64,000 nt of DNA from an uncultured Gemmatimonadales bacterium (GCA_963851265.1 CAWKNZ010000002.1:928001-992000), one strand, 5' to 3'; positions 29,822 through 41,721 are shown, numbered from the stretch's first letter. The notes: generated by a model from the letters alone, not told the origin. Made by a program: numbers and translations.

Positions 29822-30460
29822 ATGACGATGAGACGAAAGTGGCAGGCCATCCCGGGCTTCCTCGCCCTGGCGGCCGCCGCCACCGTGGTCTCGGCGTACA
29901 GCGGCGCATCGTCGTCGCAGTACCGCTCTCCCGAACAGCCCATCCACTTCCCGCACCCGCGACATGCCGGCGCGGTGAACCTGAAAGACCCCAACCACAG
30001 CGGATTGGGGATGAACTGCTTGTATTGCCATTACGCGTCCAACAAGTCGCCCGACGCGGGCATGCCGGCGGTCGGTACGTGCATGGGCTGTCACACGGTC
30101 GTGCTCGGCAAGGCGGATAGCTCCAAGAAGCAGATTGCGAAGCTCACGGCGTATTGGAACCGCCGGCAGCCCGTCGCGTGGGTCCGCATTCACAAGGTGC
30201 CGGACTACGTGAACTTCCCGCACATGCGCCACGTCAACGCGGGCGTGACCTGCCAGACGTGCCACGGCAAGATCCAGGGCCAGTGGCAGGTGCAGCAGGC
30301 CGCCTCGCTCAACATGGGGTGGTGCATCAACTGTCACGTGAACGGCTACCGGCCGGGCGAGGGCGCTCGCCTCGCCGGCGCGCCCGACTCCGTGATCCAA
30401 GCCGCCGACAAGCTGCCGGTCCACAAGGCCCGGTACGACTGCTCGTCGTGTCACTACTGA
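29822..30460 (+). CDS. actA: Alternative complex III pentaheme cytochrome c
   Basis: Five CxxCH motifs (CLYCH, CMGCH, CQTCH, CINCH, CSSCH), PEQPIHFPH, N-terminal TM. Confidence 0.9.
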   Translation: MTMRRKWQAIPGFLALAAAATVVSAYSGASSSQYRSPEQPIHFPHPRHAGAVNLKDPNHSGLGMNCLYCHYASNKSPDAGMPAVGTCMGCHTVVLGKADSSKKQIAKLTAYWNRRQPVAWVRIHKVPDYVNFPHMRHVNAGVTCQTCHGKIQGQWQVQQAASLNMGWCINCHVNGYRPGEGARLAGAPDSVIQAADKLPVHKARYDCSSCHY

Positions 30461-30471
30461 ACCGGCCCCGC

Positions 30472-33400
30472 ATGACCACCGAAGCTGGGACCGCGCGCAG
30501 CGCTGAAAGCGGCGTCAAGCGCCGCGACTTCCTCAAGATTGTCGGCGCCGGCACGGCCGCCACGGCCGCCGTCGGATGCACCTCCGAAAACGTCGGCCGC
30601 CTCCTGCCGTACGTCGCACAGCCCGACCAGACGGTCTCGGGCGTCACCAACTACTACGCCACGGTGTGCCGCGAGGGCGGCGGTGCCGCCGGCGTGTACG
30701 CCGCCGTTCGTGACGGCCGCGTCTACAAGCTCGAGGGGAACCCCTCGCATCCGGCCAACCGCGGTGCGATCTCCGCGCGCTCGCAGGCCGCGCTGCAGGG
30801 CGTGTACAATCCCGACCGGTACCGCGCGCCGTTGATCCGCCAGGAAGGCCAGCTCCGGCAGACCACCTGGGACCGCGCGCTCAGCGTGCTCGCGCAGCAG
30901 TTAGGCACGCTCCGCAGCCGCGGCCAGGCCGGCAACGCGGTGTTCATCAACCAGGCCGAGCTCGGGTCGTTCCCCGGCTTCCTCGATCAGTGGCTGGCAG
31001 CCTTCGGTATGCCGGCGCACCTGAGCTACGACGCGGAGGCGCCGCTCGCGGTGATGGCGGCCAACCGCGCGTCCTACGGCGGCGTGGCGTGGCCGCGCCT
31101 CGACTTCAACGCGTCGCGGCTCATCGTCTCGTTTTCGGCCGACTTCCTCGACCACTGGGGGAACGTCGTTCCGCAGCAGCTCGACTGGGCCGACGCGCGG
31201 GCGAAGCTCGAAGGCGCGCCACGCATGATCTACGTCGGCCCGCGCCGCTCGCTCACCGGACTCAACGCCGACGAGTGGATCCCCGCGCGCGCGGGCAGCG
31301 AGCTCGCGATCGTCGGCCTGCTCCGCGGCCAGCTCGGCGCCGCGGCCGCGGCGCAGCAGAGCGGTGTGTCGCAGGCCGTGCTCGAACGGCTCGCGCAGGA
31401 AGTCACGGCCGCGGGCAACGGCTTCGTCGGCCTCGCGGGCTCGACGGCGAGCAACGCGGGCGAGCTCGCGACCGCGGTCAATGCGCTCAACGCGAGTGCG
31501 GGTGCCGTCGGGCGCGCCGTCCGCCCCGACCAGGCGCATCCCGCGTACGCCCGCGTCGCGTCGCACGCCGAAGTGCGTGCCCTCGTCGACCGCATGAACG
31601 CGGGCCAGGTCCCGCTGGTCATGGTGCGCGGCGCCAACCCGGCGTACTCGACGCCCGCGCAGCTGCAGTTCGCGGCGGCGTTCAAGAAGGTGCCGTTCAA
31701 GGTCTCGTTCTCGAGCTACCCGGACGAGACGAGCGAGCTGGCCGATCTCGTGCTGCCCGACCACCACCCGCTCGAGGCGTGGGGTGACGCGGAGGCCGGG
31801 CCCGGCCAGGTCGCGATCCAGCAGCCCACGATGGACCCGGTGTTCGACACGCGTCAGACGGCGGATGCCCTGCTGGCGCTGGCGCACTCGGACCAGACGA
31901 CGGCCGCGCGGTTCCCGCAGGCGAGCTACCGCGCGTTCCTCATGAGCCGCTTCCCCGGCGGTGTCACGGGGTGGACGGCCGCGTCGCCGAAAGGCGTGGT
32001 CGCGGGCACGGTGCTCGCGGCGAGCGCGGCGACGAGCCCGGCACGACCGGCCGCGCGCCCCGCGCCCGCCCTCGCCAGCACCCAAGGGGACTACGACCTC
32101 GTCGTCTACCCGCACAGCCTGTTCGGTGACGGGCGTGGGGCGAACAAGCCGTGGCTGCAGGAGCTGCCCGACCCGGTCAGCAAGATCTGCTGGCAGAGCT
32201 GGGTCGAGGTCCACCCGACCACCGCGAAGAAGCTCGGCGTCGAGTCCGGCGACGTCCTCCGCGTCGAGACGGCCGCGGGCCGCATCGAAGCGCCGGCGTA
32301 CGTCTACATGGGCGTCCGCCCCGACACCGTCGCGATCGCGTTAGGCCAGGGCCACACGGCGTACGGTCGCTACGCGAAGGACATCGGGACGAACGCGTAC
32401 GCGCTGCTCGGCTCCGTGGACGACGCGGCCGGCGGTCTCGTGCTCACCTCGAGCCGGGCGCGCGTGACGAAGACCGGCGACCACCACGACCTCGTCACGA
32501 CCGAGGGATCGGCGCGCCAGCACGGGCGCGGTATCGGTCAGGCGCTGCTCGTCGGCGACGTCGGCAAGCTGCAGGAAGCGCGCGGCGGGGAGAACGCGGG
32601 TGGCCTCACGCCCGAAGGCGGCGGCCCCAACACGACGAGCGCCGGAACCGGCGTCGGCGCGAACGGCGGCGGCCCCACCACCGGCTCGACCGGCCCCGGC
32701 GGGCAGGGGATGACGGGCACCGCGCCCGGCTCGTCCGCCCAGCCGGCGAAGCGCGAGCCGAACGGCGAACCCGCGGGGGGCCGTCGCGAAGCCGGGAACG
32801 AGGAGCACATCCCCGGCGAGGCGAAGACCACGTTCCTCCCCGGCCTCCGCTCGCCGGTCGCGAACGACGCGCAGGGCAACTACGGCGACCCGTCGTCGAA
32901 GGACCGCGGCCTCTACGATCCCAAGAACTCGCTCGGCGCCGCGAAGCGCCGCTGGGCGATGACAATCGACCTCGCGCGCTGCACGGGTTGCTCCGCGTGT
33001 GTGACCGCCTGCTACGCGGAGAACAACCTCCCGACCGTCGGCGCGCCGTGGCAGGGCCGCGCGCTCGCCCCGGGCGTCTGGGACACGAACCCGGGTGCCA
33101 ACATCATCAAGGGGCGCGAGATGAGCTGGATTCGTCTCGAGCGCTACTACGAAGGCGCGATGGACTCCGAGAACGCGTTCGACCCCGCGTTCGACGTGCG
33201 CTTCGTCCCGATGATGTGCCAGCACTGCGGCAACGCGCCGTGCGAGCCGGTGTGCCCCGTGTACGCGACGTACCACTCGCCGGACGGGCTGAACGTGCAG
33301 GTCTACAATCGGTGCGTCGGCACGCGGTACTGCAGTAACAACTGTCCCTACAAGGTTCGCTACTTCAACTGGTTCGGATACGGCGAGCCCGACCGTCGCC

Positions 33401-33756
33401 AGTACGCCTGGCCCGAGCCGATGAACTGGCAGCTCAACCCCGACGTGACGGTGCGCGGCAAGGGCGTCATGGAGAAGTGCACGTTCTGCGTGCACCGCAT
33501 CCGCGAGGCCGAGCATCGGGCCAAGCTCGAAGGGCGTGAGTTGCAGGCGGACGAGTTCACGACGGCGTGCTCGCAGGCGTGTCCGTCGCGCGCGATCACG
33601 TTCGGCGACGCGGCCGACCGCGAGTGGACGGTCGCACAGCTCGCGTACGACCGCCGCGCCTACCACGTGTTCGAAGAGCTCAACACCTATACGGCCGTGG
33701 TCTATCTGAAGAAGGTCATCCACCCGGCGCCGGGCACTGCCCCGGCCGTCGCCTGA
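30472..33756 (+). CDS. actB: Alternative complex III ActB (molybdopterin-oxidoreductase-like domain fused to Fe-S domain)
   Basis: Tat signal KRRDFLK, KLEGNPSHP, WLQELPDP, CTGCSAC, CQHCGNAPCEPVCP, CVGTRYCSNNCP, GVMEKCTFC. Confidence 0.92.
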   Translation: MTTEAGTARSAESGVKRRDFLKIVGAGTAATAAVGCTSENVGRLLPYVAQPDQTVSGVTNYYATVCREGGGAAGVYAAVRDGRVYKLEGNPSHPANRGAISARSQAALQGVYNPDRYRAPLIRQEGQLRQTTWDRALSVLAQQLGTLRSRGQAGNAVFINQAELGSFPGFLDQWLAAFGMPAHLSYDAEAPLAVMAANRASYGGVAWPRLDFNASRLIVSFSADFLDHWGNVVPQQLDWADARAKLEGAPRMIYVGPRRSLTGLNADEWIPARAGSELAIVGLLRGQLGAAAAAQQSGVSQAVLERLAQEVTAAGNGFVGLAGSTASNAGELATAVNALNASAGAVGRAVRPDQAHPAYARVASHAEVRALVDRMNAGQVPLVMVRGANPAYSTPAQLQFAAAFKKVPFKVSFSSYPDETSELADLVLPDHHPLEAWGDAEAGPGQVAIQQPTMDPVFDTRQTADALLALAHSDQTTAARFPQASYRAFLMSRFPGGVTGWTAASPKGVVAGTVLAASAATSPARPAARPAPALASTQGDYDLVVYPHSLFGDGRGANKPWLQELPDPVSKICWQSWVEVHPTTAKKLGVESGDVLRVETAAGRIEAPAYVYMGVRPDTVAIALGQGHTAYGRYAKDIGTNAYALLGSVDDAAGGLVLTSSRARVTKTGDHHDLVTTEGSARQHGRGIGQALLVGDVGKLQEARGGENAGGLTPEGGGPNTTSAGTGVGANGGGPTTGSTGPGGQGMTGTAPGSSAQPAKREPNGEPAGGRREAGNEEHIPGEAKTTFLPGLRSPVANDAQGNYGDPSSKDRGLYDPKNSLGAAKRRWAMTIDLARCTGCSACVTACYAENNLPTVGAPWQGRALAPGVWDTNPGANIIKGREMSWIRLERYYEGAMDSENAFDPAFDVRFVPMMCQHCGNAPCEPVCPVYATYHSPDGLNVQVYNRCVGTRYCSNNCPYKVRYFNWFGYGEPDRRQYAWPEPMNWQLNPDVTVRGKGVMEKCTFCVHRIREAEHRAKLEGRELQADEFTTACSQACPSRAITFGDAADREWTVAQLAYDRRAYHVFEELNTYTAVVYLKKVIHPAPGTAPAVA

Positions 33757-33775
33757 CGCGGAGGACGTAGTACCT

Positions 33776-35262
<1,487 letters not shown>

Positions 35263-35263
<1 letters not shown>

Positions 35264-35757
35264 TGCAGGGCGTCGTCGCCTCGTTCAAGGAACTCGACTC
35301 GACCGTGCACGCGGTCGAGGAGCTGCGGAAGGCTCGGCTGGGCGAGATCACGGTCTACACGCCCACGCCGCGCCACGAACTCGAAGACGCGCTCGGCGCG
35401 CCGAACTCGCCCGTGCGCCGCTTCACCCTCGTCGGCGGCCTCCTCGGCGTCACGTTCGGCTACTGGATCGCGATCTGGACGTCGACGTACTGGCCGCTCG
35501 TGACCGGCGGAAAGGCCATCGCGAGCTGGATCCCGTACACGATCATCGGCTTCGAGGTGATGGTCCTGATCGGCGCACTCTCGACGGTGTTCGGCATGTT
35601 CTACGTGAGCCGCATTCCGCGACTCACGATGACCGTCGGGTACGACCCGCGGTTCAGCCACGGCAGCTACGGCGTGTTCGTCGCGACCGACCAGACCGGG
35701 CGCGCGGAGCAGCTGTTGCTGCAGCACGGCGCGTCCGACGTCCGCGGGGAGCGCTGA
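35263..35757 (+). CDS. actD: Alternative complex III ActD (DUF3341-like)
   Basis: YTPTP, two TM segments, GGK, FEVMVL, YDPRFS; position in operon. Confidence 0.88.
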
Positions 35758-35761
35758 GCCC

Positions 35762-36736
35762 ATGCCGTCTCGCATCTTCATGACGCGCTCTTCGCTTCGC
35801 CTCGCGGCGGCGGTCGCCCTCCTGCCCACGCTCGGGGCCTGCGACTGGTTCACCGACTTCAAGAACCAGCCGAAGATCGAGCCGTGGGAGCCCGTGTCGC
35901 AGCTCGACAGCGACACGACCCACGCGCCGCGGCCGCAGCCGCAGAACTCGGTGCCCGTCTCGGGCACCTTCCTCGCCGCGTACCAGATCTCGTACAACCC
36001 GGTCCCTGGCGTCATCGACTCGATCGCCAATGCGGTCACGAACCCGACGCCCGTGAGCCAGGCGTCGCTGACGAACGGGCGGAAGTACTTCCAGATCAAC
36101 TGCGCGGTGTGCCACGGCGACCTCGCCCAGGGCAACGGCCCCGCGACGCTGTATGGCATGCCGGGCATCTCGCTCGTCAACGAGCGGGTGCGCGGGTTCA
36201 AGGACGGCTACATCTATGGCATGATGCGCAACGGGCGTGGGCTCATGCCCACGTACAACCGCATCGAGGAGATGGATCGCTGGGACGTGGTCAACTACGT
36301 CCGCGCGCTGCAGGGCATCGTGCCGAACACCGCGGGCACGGGTCCGGTCGGGTACCCCGGTCAGAATGGCGCCACCGTGCCGGGTTACTCGGCCACTGCG
36401 CCCAGCCTTCCCGCGCCGATGTGGCGTGAGCCGCGCGGCGCGGCGAGCGGTACGAACGTCGCGAACCACTTCAACGGTGGGGCGGGCGAGGTCCGGTCCC
36501 CGGCCATGGTGCTCGGCGAGCTCGGTCGCCCGATGCCGGCCGGCGTCAACGATTCCGGACCGGCCGCGCGTCGCACCGCCAACACCGCCCCGGTTCGCCC
36601 CGTTCCGCAGGCGCCGGCCGCCGCAGAGGCGACGCCAAGCCTGACTCACTCGACGCCCGGCACCGCGGTGCCGAGCAACGGCCGTCCGACGGGTACCGTC
36701 CGCGGCATCCAGACCACCCCGGGAGGCCGCCCGTGA
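35762..36736 (+). CDS. actE: Alternative complex III monoheme cytochrome c lipoprotein
   Basis: LGAC lipobox, CAVCH, GLMP, DRWDVVNYVRALQ. Confidence 0.88.
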   Translation: MPSRIFMTRSSLRLAAAVALLPTLGACDWFTDFKNQPKIEPWEPVSQLDSDTTHAPRPQPQNSVPVSGTFLAAYQISYNPVPGVIDSIANAVTNPTPVSQASLTNGRKYFQINCAVCHGDLAQGNGPATLYGMPGISLVNERVRGFKDGYIYGMMRNGRGLMPTYNRIEEMDRWDVVNYVRALQGIVPNTAGTGPVGYPGQNGATVPGYSATAPSLPAPMWREPRGAASGTNVANHFNGGAGEVRSPAMVLGELGRPMPAGVNDSGPAARRTANTAPVRPVPQAPAAAEATPSLTHSTPGTAVPSNGRPTGTVRGIQTTPGGRP

Positions 36737-38061
36737 GCGCGCATGCCGCACCCGCGCTCACGCGCGAGGAACTCGTCCGCGTCATCGCGAACAAGCCGGT
36801 CAACCCCGCGCTCAAGCTCGCCGCGCTCGCGATCGGCGTGCTCGGGACGGTGCTGTTCGTCGTCGGCGCCGTGACGGGCAACGACCGCGCCTGGCTCGCG
36901 CTGCACTTCAACTGGCTCTTCTTTACGATTACCTCCTCCGCGGCCGTGACGTTCGCCGCGGTGCAGCGCCTCACGACGGCGCGCTGGTCGCGCTCGATCG
37001 TACGTATGCTCGAGGGGTTCGTAGCGTGGCTGCCGGTCGCGTTCATCATCCTGCTCGCCATCCTGTTCCCAGGCGCGTCGCACATCTTTGCGTGGGCCAA
37101 GGAGACGGTGCACGTGCACCAGAAGGCGATCTACCTCGATCCGACCTTCTTCCGGCTTCGCGGAATCCTGCTGTTCGGCGCGATGACGCTCGTCTCGCTC
37201 TGGTTCGTTTATTCGTCCGTCCGGCTCGACGTCGGGCTCGTGCCCGACGAGGGCGCGGGGTGGGCGGCCGGAATCCGCGCCGGCATGCGCCGTGGCTTCC
37301 AGGCGGAGCGCCGCGAGCTACACAGCACGCATTCGCTGCTCGGTAAGCTCGCCGTCGCCCTCTGCATGCTCTACGGCTACGGGTGGGTGATCCTCTCGTG
37401 GGATTACTCGATGTCGCTGTCGCTGCACTTCCAGAGCACGATGTACGGCTGGCAGGTGTTCATGGGCGCGTGGGTGGTCATGCTCATGGTGCTGTCGGTG
37501 CTGATGCGTCTGTGGCGGTCGCACCTGGGCGCGCAGTCGCTCATCACCGACAACCACTACCACGACGTCGGGAAGCTCTGCTTCGCGTTCACCGCGTTCT
37601 GGGGCTACGTCACGTTCAGCCAGTACCTCGTCATCTGGTACGGCAACCTTCCCGAGGAGACGCACTTCTTCCGGCTCCGGCTCATGAACCCGTGGGGATT
37701 CCTGACCACGGCGGCGTTCGTGATGATGTTCGTCGTTCCCTTCTTCACGCTCCTGAGCAAGTCGGCCAAGCTGTTCTCGCCCGTGATGGCGACGGTGGCG
37801 TTCACGTCGATCCTCGGTCTCTGGATCCACCGGTACATCGAGGTCTACCCGTCGGTGTTCGGCGAAGTGGCGAACATGCCGTTCGGCTTCTACGAGGTCG
37901 GCGTCGGCCTCGGGATGCTCGGCCTCTGGGGATTCTGCTACATGAGCTTCATGGATGCGTTTCCAAAGATGCGCGTGGCGTTCATGACCTCGCCGTACCG
38001 CGACGAGGTGCAGGTGCCCGTCGACGCGCGCACGATGGAACCGCTCCCCGCGCACGAGTAG
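36733..38061 (+). CDS. actF: Alternative complex III ActF membrane subunit
   Basis: About 10 TM segments, WDYSMSL, STMYG, HDVGKL, SQYLVIWYGNLPEE. Confidence 0.9.
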   Translation: MSAHAAPALTREELVRVIANKPVNPALKLAALAIGVLGTVLFVVGAVTGNDRAWLALHFNWLFFTITSSAAVTFAAVQRLTTARWSRSIVRMLEGFVAWLPVAFIILLAILFPGASHIFAWAKETVHVHQKAIYLDPTFFRLRGILLFGAMTLVSLWFVYSSVRLDVGLVPDEGAGWAAGIRAGMRRGFQAERRELHSTHSLLGKLAVALCMLYGYGWVILSWDYSMSLSLHFQSTMYGWQVFMGAWVVMLMVLSVLMRLWRSHLGAQSLITDNHYHDVGKLCFAFTAFWGYVTFSQYLVIWYGNLPEETHFFRLRLMNPWGFLTTAAFVMMFVVPFFTLLSKSAKLFSPVMATVAFTSILGLWIHRYIEVYPSVFGEVANMPFGFYEVGVGLGMLGLWGFCYMSFMDAFPKMRVAFMTSPYRDEVQVPVDARTMEPLPAHE

Positions 38062-38082
38062 CACGGCCGCAACCCCGGCGGA

Positions 38083-38088
38083 TATATT
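38083..38088 (+). promoter_or_regulatory. Candidate -10 box for tRNA-Ala
   Basis: TATATT, 9 nt before the tRNA 5' end in otherwise GC-rich DNA. Confidence 0.45.
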
Positions 38089-38097
38089 GCGCCCGCC

Positions 38098-38170
38098 GGG
38101 GCGTTAGCTCAGCTGGGAGAGCACCTGCTTTGCAAGCAGGGGGTCAGGGGTTCGAGCCCCCTACGCTCCA
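38098..38170 (+). tRNA. tRNA-Ala (anticodon TGC), CCA not encoded
   Basis: Cloverleaf: GGGGCGT/ACGCTCC acceptor with G3:U70, CCTGC-TTTGCAA-GCAGG anticodon arm, GGTTCGAG T-loop. Confidence 0.97.
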
Positions 38171-38181
38171 TGTACGAACAG

Positions 38182-38212
38182 GCCCGCAAGCACCACCGCT
38201 TGCGGGCTTTAT
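38182..38212 (+). terminator. Intrinsic terminator after tRNA-Ala
   Basis: GCCCGCAAGC-ACCACC-GCTTGCGGGC then TTTAT. Confidence 0.75.
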
Positions 38213-38276
38213 GCGTCGGGCCCGAGCCCTCGGGTCGCACGCCGACCAACGCGTTCCCTTCCACCCCCGCCGCGCC

Positions 38277-38756
38277 ATGGCCACCTCCGTCCCGCCGGCT
38301 ACGACGCCCGCCGTGGGAACCCCCGCCCCGGACTTCACGCTGTCGAGCACGAGCGGTGAGCCGGTCACGCTTTCGGCGCTGAGGGGGCAACGCGTGCTGA
38401 TCGCGTTCTTCCCGCTCGCGTTCACGAGCACGTGCACGGCCGAGATGTGCGCCTTCAGCGACGATTACGACGCGTTCGCACAAGAGGGGGTGACCGTGCT
38501 CCCCATCAGCGTCGACTCGATCCCGACGCTGACGGAGTTCCGGGCGAAGCACGGCCTCAAGTCGGCATTCCTGAGCGATTTCCGGCGCGACGTCTCGCGC
38601 GCGTACGGCGTCCTCCTGGAGCACACCTTCTTCTCGACGCGGGCGTACTTTCTCGTCGACGCGGACGGGCTGATCCGCTGGTCGCACGTCGAAGAGAACC
38701 CCGGGCTCCGTCGGGACGACGCGGAGTTGCTTGCCGCGATCCGAGCGAACGCGTGA
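38277..38756 (+). CDS. Peroxiredoxin (AhpC/TSA; AhpE/BCP-like)
   Basis: APDFTL, FFPLAFTSTCTAEMC (PxxxTxxC), ISVDS, LSDF. Confidence 0.9.
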   Translation: MATSVPPATTPAVGTPAPDFTLSSTSGEPVTLSALRGQRVLIAFFPLAFTSTCTAEMCAFSDDYDAFAQEGVTVLPISVDSIPTLTEFRAKHGLKSAFLSDFRRDVSRAYGVLLEHTFFSTRAYFLVDADGLIRWSHVEENPGLRRDDAELLAAIRANA

Positions 38757-38902
38757 GCAGCACGGCGGCCCGGGCGGGCCGGTAGCGTCTGTGCGACTCG
38801 CGCGGCCGCTTGCTTCGCGTGACCAGGCCCGTCGCGGTGCGTCGTGGGTGAGCGCAACCAGGTCCGCCCCTGCGCTGCGCCTCACCGCCTTCACCGCCTG
38901 AC

Positions 38903-40489
38903 GTGAACCCCGCCGCCGTCTCAAGCTCCTACCGCGCCATTGAGGCGCGGGCCGACGCGCTCCTCGCGCGAGTGGCCGCAGCCATCGCCGCGGCGCCCGA
39001 CCCGGATGACTTCGGGCCGGCCGTGCTCGACGCCATCGCCGATGCGGCCGGAGCCGTCGGCGCTGCCATTCTCGACGTGGGTGCGGGCGCGCCCCTCGCT
39101 CGCTGGCGCGTGACCCGCGAGGGAGCGCCGGAGGCGCCGCCCGCGGGCGGCTGCCTCCGTCCGGCGCGGTATGCGATAGGACACGCCGGGCCCGGAACGG
39201 CGCGGTGCGAGTTGGAGCTGATGTCGGCGGCCGAGTCGATCGACGAGGACGATCTGCGCCCGGCGCTCGCCCTCCTCGGGGCCGTGCTCGGCCCATCGGA
39301 TCGTGCGCGGGCCCTCGATGCCGACATGGAAGCGCACGCACGCGCGGCCGCGGACGAGCGCGACTTCGCGGCCGCCGTGATCGACGCACTTCCAGTCGGT
39401 GTCTACGTCACCGACCGCGAGCACCGCGTACGGCTCTGGAACCGAAAGCGCGAGGTCGACACCCTCGGCGTCGCGCGCGAGGCGGCGATCGGCCGCACGG
39501 TATTCGACGTGCTGCCGCGGCAGGACGCCGGGCTCGTCCGGCGCGAACTCGATGACGTGCTCGCGAACGGCGTCGTGCGACAGATCGACACCGAGAGCAC
39601 GGCTTCCGGCGAGGCTCGCATATACCGACTTTCCAAGATCCCCATGGCGTTCGGGGACGCGGAGCCGACTCACGTCATCACCCTCGGCGAGGACGTCACG
39701 GAATGGCGGTCCGCACTCGAGCGGTCTGCGCAATCCGAGAAGCTGGCTGCGGTCGGGCAGCTGGCTGCCGGTGTGATGCACGAGATCAACAACCCGCTCG
39801 GCACGATCGCGGCGTGCGCCGAAACGATGACGCTCGGCCTCAGCGAGTTGCCGCGCGAGCAGCAGCCGGCGGGCTTCGCCGAGTACCTTCGGATCGTCGA
39901 CCACGAGGTGCACCGGTGCCGCCGGATCGTCGACGGCCTCCTCAACTTCAGCCGCGCCCGCGAACTGCGGCGCGCGCGCGTGTCGCTCGATACCGTCGTC
40001 GAGCAGACACTCGGATTGCTGCGCCACCACGCGCGCTTCAAGCGGTGCTCGGTGCGCCTCGATCTCGCCGGATCGAGCGGCCCGCAGGCCGCCCCCGACG
40101 TGCTCGGCGATCCCGACCAGCTGACCCAGATCGCGATGGCCCTGCTGCTCAATGCTGCCGACGCCGTTGCTGAGGCGGAACGGGCCGACCACGGCGATCC
40201 CGAGCGTGCGGGGGCGCGGCGCGGCATTACGATCCGCACGCGCGCCGGGAACGTCGACGATGAACTCGCCGCGGCCGTCCTCGAGATCATCGACGAGGGA
40301 ACCGGGATGTCGCGCGACGTGGTCGCCCGCGTGTTCGATCCGTTCTTCACCACCAAGGCGCCCGGCGACGGCACCGGGCTCGGCCTCGCCATCTGCTACG
40401 GGCTCGTTCGCGACCTCAACGGCCGGATCGAGATCGACAGCTCGCCGGGCAACGGGTCGACCTTCCGCGTCGTCATACCTGCGGGGTAA
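38903..40489 (+). CDS. PAS-domain sensor histidine kinase (NtrB-like, soluble)
   Basis: SEKLAAVGQLAAGVMHEINNPL, DEGTGM, FDPFFTTK, GTGLGL. Confidence 0.92.
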   Translation: MNPAAVSSSYRAIEARADALLARVAAAIAAAPDPDDFGPAVLDAIADAAGAVGAAILDVGAGAPLARWRVTREGAPEAPPAGGCLRPARYAIGHAGPGTARCELELMSAAESIDEDDLRPALALLGAVLGPSDRARALDADMEAHARAAADERDFAAAVIDALPVGVYVTDREHRVRLWNRKREVDTLGVAREAAIGRTVFDVLPRQDAGLVRRELDDVLANGVVRQIDTESTASGEARIYRLSKIPMAFGDAEPTHVITLGEDVTEWRSALERSAQSEKLAAVGQLAAGVMHEINNPLGTIAACAETMTLGLSELPREQQPAGFAEYLRIVDHEVHRCRRIVDGLLNFSRARELRRARVSLDTVVEQTLGLLRHHARFKRCSVRLDLAGSSGPQAAPDVLGDPDQLTQIAMALLLNAADAVAEAERADHGDPERAGARRGITIRTRAGNVDDELAAAVLEIIDEGTGMSRDVVARVFDPFFTTKAPGDGTGLGLAICYGLVRDLNGRIEIDSSPGNGSTFRVVIPAG

Positions 40490-40516
40490 GATCTACTGCA
40501 TGCCGGGCGCTCATCA

Positions 40517-41032
40517 GTGACGGTCGCCGATTCGCAGGCTCACGCGCCCGGCCGTGTGCTCGTGGCCGAGGACGAGGAGCACCTCGGGGCGCTCCTCGCG
40601 CAATTTCTGCGCGGACGCGGGCTGGACGTGACCCTCGTCCGCGATGGCGCGGAAGCGGTGGCCGCGTTATCCAACGGCGCGTTCGACGCCGCGGTGATCG
40701 ACGTCCAGATGCCGGGCGCGGACGGGTTCGCGGTACTGGCCGCTTCGGCCGCGCTGGCTCGACCCGCCGAGGTCGTCATCGCGAGCGGCAACGGGACGCG
40801 CGAGACCGCGCTCGCCGCGCTGCGCGGCGGCGCGTACGGAACCGTGGCGAAGCCGTATCGGATGGCCGAGGTCGAACTCCTGGTGCAGCGCGCCATCGAG
40901 ACGCGACGACTGCGCGACGCGGTCGGCCGACTCGAACGCGAGTGCGCGTGGTTGCGCGCGAGTCTGCGGTCGGCACCCGTGACGCACGCGGGGCACGAAG
41001 GAACGATCGATGCGCGCGACGAGCCGGCATGA
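40517..41032 (+). CDS. Receiver-only response regulator
   Basis: VAEDE, DVQMPG, KPY, short helical tail with no output domain. Confidence 0.82.
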   Translation: MTVADSQAHAPGRVLVAEDEEHLGALLAQFLRGRGLDVTLVRDGAEAVAALSNGAFDAAVIDVQMPGADGFAVLAASAALARPAEVVIASGNGTRETALAALRGGAYGTVAKPYRMAEVELLVQRAIETRRLRDAVGRLERECAWLRASLRSAPVTHAGHEGTIDARDEPA

Positions 41033-41697
41033 AGCTGCTCGTGATCGAGGACGATCCCACCGTCGGGCAGTTCGTGAAGCGCGGGCTCGAGGAGCAGCGC
41101 TGGGGGGTGGAACTCGCCACGGACGGTGAGGCCGGCGAACGGCTCGCCGCCAGCGGCGCGTACGACCTCGTGATTCTCGACATGCGGCTGCCGGGCAAGT
41201 CCGGGCTCGACGTGCTCACCGCGTTACGCGCGCGCGGGTTCGAGCGGCCCGTCCTCGTCCTCACCGCGCAGGACGCCGTGGACGCGAAGGTGACCGCGCT
41301 GCGCGCCGGTGCCGACGACTACGTCACGAAGCCGTTCGCGTTCGAGGAGTTGTTGGCGCGGGTCGAGGCGCTCGCGCGGAGGCCGCGCGCGCTCGCGTCT
41401 CCGGTGCTTCGGGTCGCGGACCTCGAACTCGACCAGGCCACACGCGAGGTGACGCGGTCGGGCGAGCGGATCGACCTGACGCCGAAAGAGTACGCCGTCC
41501 TCGAGTACCTCATGCGGCACGCGGGCCGGGTTATGAGCCGCACGCTGATCACGGAGTACGCCTGGGGGTATCATTTCGACCCCGGCACGAACATCGTCGA
41601 CGTCGTGATCACCCATCTTCGGAAGAAGGTCGACGCGCGGCACGCGCGGAAGCTGATCCAGACGGTGCGCGGCGTCGGGTACACGCTCAAGACCTGA
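41029..41697 (+). CDS. OmpR/PhoB family response regulator (CusR-like)
   Basis: LDMRLPG, GADDYVTKPF, LTPKEY, TNIVDVVITHLRKK, TVRGVGY. Confidence 0.95.
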   Translation: MKLLVIEDDPTVGQFVKRGLEEQRWGVELATDGEAGERLAASGAYDLVILDMRLPGKSGLDVLTALRARGFERPVLVLTAQDAVDAKVTALRAGADDYVTKPFAFEELLARVEALARRPRALASPVLRVADLELDQATREVTRSGERIDLTPKEYAVLEYLMRHAGRVMSRTLITEYAWGYHFDPGTNIVDVVITHLRKKVDARHARKLIQTVRGVGYTLKT

Positions 41698-41721
41698 CCC
41701 GATCTTCAAGGCTCGCACCTC

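Noticed and set aside
38098..38280. tRNA-Ala as an integration site for an island
   Set aside because: No integrase, no duplicated tRNA 3' end seen, and no compositional shift.
37383..38756. 457-aa ORF spanning actF, the tRNA and the peroxiredoxin
   Set aside because: Only 38277-38756 is peroxiredoxin; the rest is an off-frame extension.
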